From an uncultured bacterium (GTDB taxonomy: Bacteria > Auribacterota > Erginobacteria > Erginobacterales > Erginobacteraceae), in NCBI GenBank assembly GCA_963822585.1, contig CAWGIE010000023.1:32001-96000 (forward strand): 64,000 bases of DNA, given 5' to 3'. The translations under genes were made by a program, and so were the position numbers. Below are positions 59,030 to 64,000 of this stretch, in pieces (the stretch's first letter is position 1; every line of letters starts with the position of its first letter). The notes under the pieces are model-generated. The model was not told the DNA's origin. It did not search any database and saw only the letters and a program-made list of their open reading frames with translations.

Positions 59030-60154
59030 TCATGAACGATCCGGTTTCGCTCTCAGAGAGAACGAAAATTTTTTATCCAGTATCCATTCGATGAAGTTAC
59101 TTACGAATACGGAAGAGAGAGCCACGGTGGTCATCAGGTATCTATTGCTGAAGTGGCTCCAATTCCAGTGAGTGTCTTTGGAAAAGAGAAGGAACTGAGC
59201 GGCAGCGAGAAGAAAGATGAGGATACATTCTTTTTTCTTCTTCATTCGTTTAAAATAAAAAAAGCCCGGGAGCGCGAATAACACAATGGGGCAAGTCGGT
59301 ATTAAACCGTTTTTCAGATTAAATAGCTGGGAAATAACACCTTTCAATAGAGGCTGGGAAAAACGACCATTATAGGTAACGATTTTATAACCCTGGATGA
59401 CCATTCTATCGTATCCGGTAATGAACGGGGAACCGAACATTCTTCCATTCAGCCAGCCATAACAAAAAATCGGCAGAAAAAAACAGACTGCAAAAATGAG
59501 GATACTTTTTTTCCTTTCCTTCCAGGAGGTGAGAATCACATAGCCCAGGAAGAAGGGCACAAACAGCAGATTAGATAATTTCGCCCAGATGGAGAAGCTG
59601 AGTAAAATTGAACCGGCAACCTCTCTTTTTTTCAAAAGGTTGATCAAAGCGCCGAGAACTAAAAGGGTTGAGAAAACATCGGGGGAATAATTGTAGGAAT
59701 AATCATAAAATAGAGTCGCGGTCGCAAAAAGTAATGTGGTTAGGCAAGAAAGCGACTTACCATAAAATAGGCGATTGAGATTATAAATCGCCAACATCAC
59801 CCCGATCACACAGACAACATTGAAAATAAGCAATCCCGGAGATTGGAAAATCAGATAAAAAGGTATCGATAAAAGAGGAAAGAGCAAAGAATGAATAGGC
59901 ACTAATCGGTTGTTTTTGTCCAGAGCCGCTAAAGGCCAATTACCGCTGAGCAGATCAGCCCCCCGAGTATTGTTGGCAATATACCAATCATGGTCTTGCA
60001 AAATAGATTCAATGAAATATTCATGGCAGATCATATCGCCCTTTAAAAAAGAATATCCTTGCAAATAGTTGGAAAGGATAGATGGAACATAGATCAGGAT
60101 GAGGACCGCGACTAACAGAATCATCGTCTGTTTATCGGAGAGTTCCATTTTCAT
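59030..60154 (-). CDS. Multi-TM GT-C-like membrane protein
   Basis: KGD, SILQDHD, SPDV, FGSPFITGY, SNRYL; AT-rich. Confidence 0.62.
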   Translation of the reverse strand: MKMELSDKQTMILLVAVLILIYVPSILSNYLQGYSFLKGDMICHEYFIESILQDHDWYIANNTRGADLLSGNWPLAALDKNNRLVPIHSLLFPLLSIPFYLIFQSPGLLIFNVVCVIGVMLAIYNLNRLFYGKSLSCLTTLLFATATLFYDYSYNYSPDVFSTLLVLGALINLLKKREVAGSILLSFSIWAKLSNLLFVPFFLGYVILTSWKERKKSILIFAVCFFLPIFCYGWLNGRMFGSPFITGYDRMVIQGYKIVTYNGRFSQPLLKGVISQLFNLKNGLIPTCPIVLFALPGFFYFKRMKKKKECILIFLLAAAQFLLFSKDTHWNWSHFSNRYLMTTVALSSVFVSNFIEWILDKKFSFSLRAKPDRS

Positions 60155-60203
60155 TTTAGGGGAAGCTCAATCCGATTCATGAATAAATCGGGACAGAGCA
60201 AGA

Positions 60204-61775
60204 TTAATCGTGCTGGGAGAATATGGTATATTGACCGATCTGTTTTTTTTGCTGGAAAATCATACCCATTTTTCGCCCGGCGGCTTCTGTGATCGTGACC
60301 ACGAAGGCTGCTCTGCCGTTTCGCAGCACTTGTTCCAGCTCCGTTTCCGGTTTGTCGAAAAGCGAGTCGGTATCGCCTTCCCGCATTTTCTCCGGGAAAC
60401 CAAGATAGGTATCCCGGAAATTTCTGGTGAATAAAACTTGTTTCCAGCTTGGGCACCAGGCTCCTCCTTTATCGAATGTCAGCCGTTCGGGGACGTAATA
60501 GAAAAGGTAATATTCCGAAGGAATCGGCCACCGATCTCCCAATTCCACCAGGATATTTTCTCCCGGGGAGAGGGAAGAGCTCATTCTTCTCAGGTATGTA
60601 CCTAAAATATCAACGTCTCCTTCCCAGTGAGCGTAGCCCCGGACCGGCGGAATGGTTTTGGAAATATTGAATCCGATATTGATCATGATGACAACCAACA
60701 GAAGATATCCGAGTAGTTTCTGTTTGGTCCAGAGCCGATGCCAGCTCAATCCGGCGAGGGGGCAGAGAAGAAAAGCGATAATGAACATCGCCCGGGTCGG
60801 GGCAAGGTCGGCGCCGACGATCAAGTCGCTTAATTCATAACCCAAAAAAGCGAGTCCCAGGAAAAGGAGGTATCTAATCAAAAGCTTTTTTTTAACTTTA
60901 AAAATACATAAAATTCCCAGGATTCCCAGCAACACAAGCAACGGCTCCATACGGAAGAGGTGTACCGGATAAACCAGAAGACGGGGAGCCACCTCGCCCT
61001 GCCGAGCGAAGTCGGAAAGATAATGATCGACGAAGCGCAACGCCTGACCTGTTCTCTGGTAGGCGTAAATCATGTAAAAGGGAATGAAAATGACGGATAT
61101 GACCCCGCAGATGAAAAAGGGGAAGATACGATGGCCCCGCGGAATCCCGGTCTGTTTCCTTATTTCCCGGTAAAGAATGCCCAGCAGCGCCAGATAGCAG
61201 ATGACAAATCCCCACCCTTCCGCGCGCTGGGCGGAGGCGAGGAGAAAAAAGACAGAGGCGGCGTACAATCTTCCCCAGGACGGTTTCGACTCCGGAGAGA
61301 AGAGAGAGCTTTCGAAGCGCAGGTAGAAATAGATCCCCCCCAGAATCCAGAAGCACATGATTATTTCCGACATGCATCCGATACTGCCCAAGAGGGCCGA
61401 GGGGATGAAAGCAGCGAATAATGACGCCACGATTGCTCCCCGATCATCCTTGAATAAAACGCGGGAGAGTAAAAAAACAAAAAAAACGATACCGGCTGAA
61501 AAGAAGATCGTCACCGTGGCCAGGGCGAGAGGAATGTCATGCCAGAACGTGAGTACGGTGCCGTAGAGAGCGAATTCCAGAGGGAAGCGGACCGGGTTAT
61601 AGGTAATGAAAGGGGATTTAGACCATTTATATGCCGACAGTGCACGCCAGGCGTTATCTACATGGTAGGAATATCGGCCGTTGGCTATATCCAGGAGCAG
61701 GTAATATTGAAAACACACGTGGACAAAAAGGATGATCAGCAAGATGATCCCAGCGATTTTAAAAGAGGACTTCAT
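60204..61775 (-). CDS. Multi-TM GT-C-like glycosyltransferase, related to 49569..51236
   Basis: YSYHVDNAWR, FPLEF, RAEGW blocks parallel those of 49569..51236. Confidence 0.65.
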   Translation of the reverse strand: MKSSFKIAGIILLIILFVHVCFQYYLLLDIANGRYSYHVDNAWRALSAYKWSKSPFITYNPVRFPLEFALYGTVLTFWHDIPLALATVTIFFSAGIVFFVFLLSRVLFKDDRGAIVASLFAAFIPSALLGSIGCMSEIIMCFWILGGIYFYLRFESSLFSPESKPSWGRLYAASVFFLLASAQRAEGWGFVICYLALLGILYREIRKQTGIPRGHRIFPFFICGVISVIFIPFYMIYAYQRTGQALRFVDHYLSDFARQGEVAPRLLVYPVHLFRMEPLLVLLGILGILCIFKVKKKLLIRYLLFLGLAFLGYELSDLIVGADLAPTRAMFIIAFLLCPLAGLSWHRLWTKQKLLGYLLLVVIMINIGFNISKTIPPVRGYAHWEGDVDILGTYLRRMSSSLSPGENILVELGDRWPIPSEYYLFYYVPERLTFDKGGAWCPSWKQVLFTRNFRDTYLGFPEKMREGDTDSLFDKPETELEQVLRNGRAAFVVTITEAAGRKMGMIFQQKKQIGQYTIFSQHD

Positions 61776-61887
61776 ACGAATGAATGCATGACGCTCGACC
61801 GGTCAGGTTACGGTTCAAGATAAGATCGGATGAGAATGACGGAAGCCCGTTCCTAACCTGACTTCCGCAACTGGGAACCCGTCTGCA

Positions 61888-62952
61888 TCATAATCCAATA
61901 TACTCCTTCAACTTGTTTTCCAGGGAGATGGAGCGGAATTCCTCCACCCGCCGGCGCTGTCCCTGGACGATCTTGTCCCGGAAACCGGCGGCCTCGCAGA
62001 GGAGCGCCGCCATCTCGGCGATCTCGGGATAGTTCTTCTCTTTGATCAGGACCCCGGCGCCGGCCAGGGTGTCGGGGACCGCTCCCGCCGCGTAGGCTAA
62101 AACCGGGATCCCGAAGTGCATCGCCTCCATCAGGGGCATGCAGAACCCCTCGTGCTCGCTGAGACAGAGATATACCGACGCCAATCGGTAGTAGGCGAGG
62201 AGTTCGGCGTTGGTGACGTGCCCGGTGAAGACGACGTCCCTGAGTTCCAGTTCTTGGATGATCGCCCGCAGGTATTGGAGATAGGTTTCGCTCCCCCTGG
62301 TGAACCCGACCAGGAAGAGCTTCGATTCCGGTTTGAGCAGGTTCTTGTAATAATAAAAAACCCTCAACAGGTCCTCGAACCTCTTGTTGGGAACGATCCG
62401 TCCCACGAAGAGGAGGTTGTCCCGGGCGCCCCGGTGGGCGAGGAGGACTTTCCGGGAAGGGGACCCGTCAAGCGTCGACCAGTCGTTGGTAAGCGGGACC
62501 ACGCCGGTCCGGGAGAAACCGGCTTCCTCCAGCTCCCGCCGGTTGTATTCGGAAACGCCCAGGGCCAGTTCGGTGACCCCCGCCAGTTCCTTGAGCTGGC
62601 GGCGACCCTCCCGGAGAAAGGCGGCGGTCTCAGGGAGGAGGACGGCAAAATAGCGGGCCGGGGTAATGTTGTGGTAGATGATCACCTTCCGGTCCGGAGC
62701 GGAGCGGAAATAGCGGGTAGCGTCGGATCCGATCGAGAAGTGATAGATCAGGATGTTGTCGGGGGAGCTGTATAGCCTATGCTCGTCGAGGGGCCGGCAG
62801 ACGGTGCGTGACCGGTCATCGGTGTTTTCCGGGCGGACGAAGATATCGGATTGGCATCCCCAGCTCCGGAACAATTTCCGGAGTTCCAGGGCATAGTTGC
62901 TGATCGCGTCCCCGGGCATGAACCCGGCCAGAATTTGATCAATTCTCATCAC
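61888..62952 (-). CDS. GT4 glycosyltransferase
   Basis: GDAISN, YHNITP, FVGRIVPNK, SEHEGFCMPLMEAM. Confidence 0.92.
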   Translation of the reverse strand: MMRIDQILAGFMPGDAISNYALELRKLFRSWGCQSDIFVRPENTDDRSRTVCRPLDEHRLYSSPDNILIYHFSIGSDATRYFRSAPDRKVIIYHNITPARYFAVLLPETAAFLREGRRQLKELAGVTELALGVSEYNRRELEEAGFSRTGVVPLTNDWSTLDGSPSRKVLLAHRGARDNLLFVGRIVPNKRFEDLLRVFYYYKNLLKPESKLFLVGFTRGSETYLQYLRAIIQELELRDVVFTGHVTNAELLAYYRLASVYLCLSEHEGFCMPLMEAMHFGIPVLAYAAGAVPDTLAGAGVLIKEKNYPEIAEMAALLCEAAGFRDKIVQGQRRRVEEFRSISLENKLKEYIGL

Positions 62953-63110
62953 TTTCCTCTCTCCCCTACCGCACCCCCTTTTTGAGCCGCAAAAAAGCGC
63001 AAAATGCGCAAAATCCCCCCTACCTCACCCCCATTTTTAACAAACGATTTAATGTGATTGAATATGAATGTTCGTTCGACGTTCGAAGTTGAATGTTCGA
63101 CGTTCGATGT

Positions 63111-64000
63111 TCATTTTTTAATACACGCTTCCAGCCCATCTTCCAACCGATCCAACACCTTTGACCACGCGTAGTTCTCCTCCACGTACCGCTTTCCGTT
63201 CTCTCCCATCCGCGCGGCCTCTTCGGGATGATCGAGAAAATACAGCAGGCACTCCTCGAACTCGAAGTAGTCCCGGAAATAGAGTCCTCCCCCCGACCGG
63301 AGACAATGATCCCGCGTGACCGGACTTTGATTTTGTTGTGTTATATGTTGGTTAAAAAGGTTGTGGATATTTTTGGTGAGTAAGATATTAGGATGTGTTT
63401 TTTTGTGAGTGTTTATGTGTAAGAGGTGTATAAGAGAGTGTATATGTTGGTTGTTTTTTTTGTTGGTTTTGATGAATATATATAGTGAAGGGATATTGTT
63501 ATTTGATGGTGTTTGTTGATTTGTTGTTTAAGTGATTGTTTTTTGTAATTTTAGGTAAAGATGGTGAGATGTGGGTGTATTTTATTAATGTGTTGGAGGA
63601 TTATGAGGGGAAAGTGGAATTGTTTATGAGTGTATAGATGGATATGAGTAAGGTTTATGTGAAAGAATGAAGAAATGTAGTAATGTTTGGGTAGTTTATG
63701 ATAAGTTTAAAGTGATTGTTTATGTTAATAAAGAGGTGGATATTGTATGATAGAGAGAATATAAGAGTGGGTGATAGATAGTAAGAGACAAAAAGGAAAA
63801 GACTAGTTGGATTGGTGAAGAAAGCGCTGACCAGGGCCGGTTTCCCCGCCAGCCAGGATTCCAACAGTACGATCGAGAAGCTTTCGTTGGTGGACGGCTG
63901 GCAGAACGCGGACGAAGCGGCATAGGCGTCCCGTTTGTCCTCCTCGGAGACATATCCCGCGTCGAGAATCCACCGGCGGTCTTCTCCTTTCAGGAGCACC
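63111..64000 (-). pseudogene. 3' part of a GT4 glycosyltransferase (start beyond the window) interrupted by a 493-bp insert
   Basis: PSTNESFSIVLLESWLAGKPALVSA | QSPVTRDHCLRSGGGLYFRDYFEFEE...MGENGKRYVEENYAW; the halves join in frame when 63331-63823 is removed. Confidence 0.8.
63331..63823. other. Nearly cytosine-free 493-bp insert
   Basis: By my count only 2 C on the + strand across the segment, within GC-rich coding flanks. Confidence 0.9.

Noticed and set aside
63655..63822. Hydrophobic C-terminus of ORF 63655..63999 as a real membrane domain
   Set aside because: It is read-through into the C-free insert; the true GT4 C-terminus resumes at 63329.

Overview
Bacterial chromosomal window. 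Coding regions are GC-rich; intergenic regions are AT-richer and packed with palindromes. lpxD and a TolC-type gene indicate a diderm, and hgcAB suggests an anaerobe. The lineage cannot be fixed from sequence alone; an uncultured PVC-related phylum is only a guess. Left to right: (1) three paralogous Pol-beta-type nucleotidyltransferases, a four-helix-bundle gene in inverted repeats, a cupin and wrbA; (2) two different glutamate dehydrogenases and a nucleotidyltransferase/small-partner pair; (3) a csoR-cusC-cusB-cusA-rseC-PII-hgcA-hgcB run, which places the mercury-methylation genes at the end of a metal-efflux operon with a clear promoter/operator; (4) MazG-like, Na/Ca antiporter, era, mgtE and nth genes; (5) a RAYT transposase flanked by REP arrays, two papain-like peptidases and lpxD; (6) a tRNA-Met/GIY-YIG locus in which extra tRNA copies are broken up by small CCCCG...CGGGG hairpin insertions; (7) a large surface-glycan region (wzm/wzt, methyltransferases, GT2/GT4, radical SAM, four GT-C-like membrane proteins) containing a protein with six DUF1566 domains; (8) a final GT4 gene split by a 493-bp almost C-free insert. 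The most striking items are the hairpin-interrupted tRNA/GIY-YIG locus (with a matching empty-versus-filled hairpin site at 40.1-40.3 kb), hgcAB in a CsoR/Cus operon, and the C-free insert, which may be an artefact. All family calls come from motif recognition; no searches were run.
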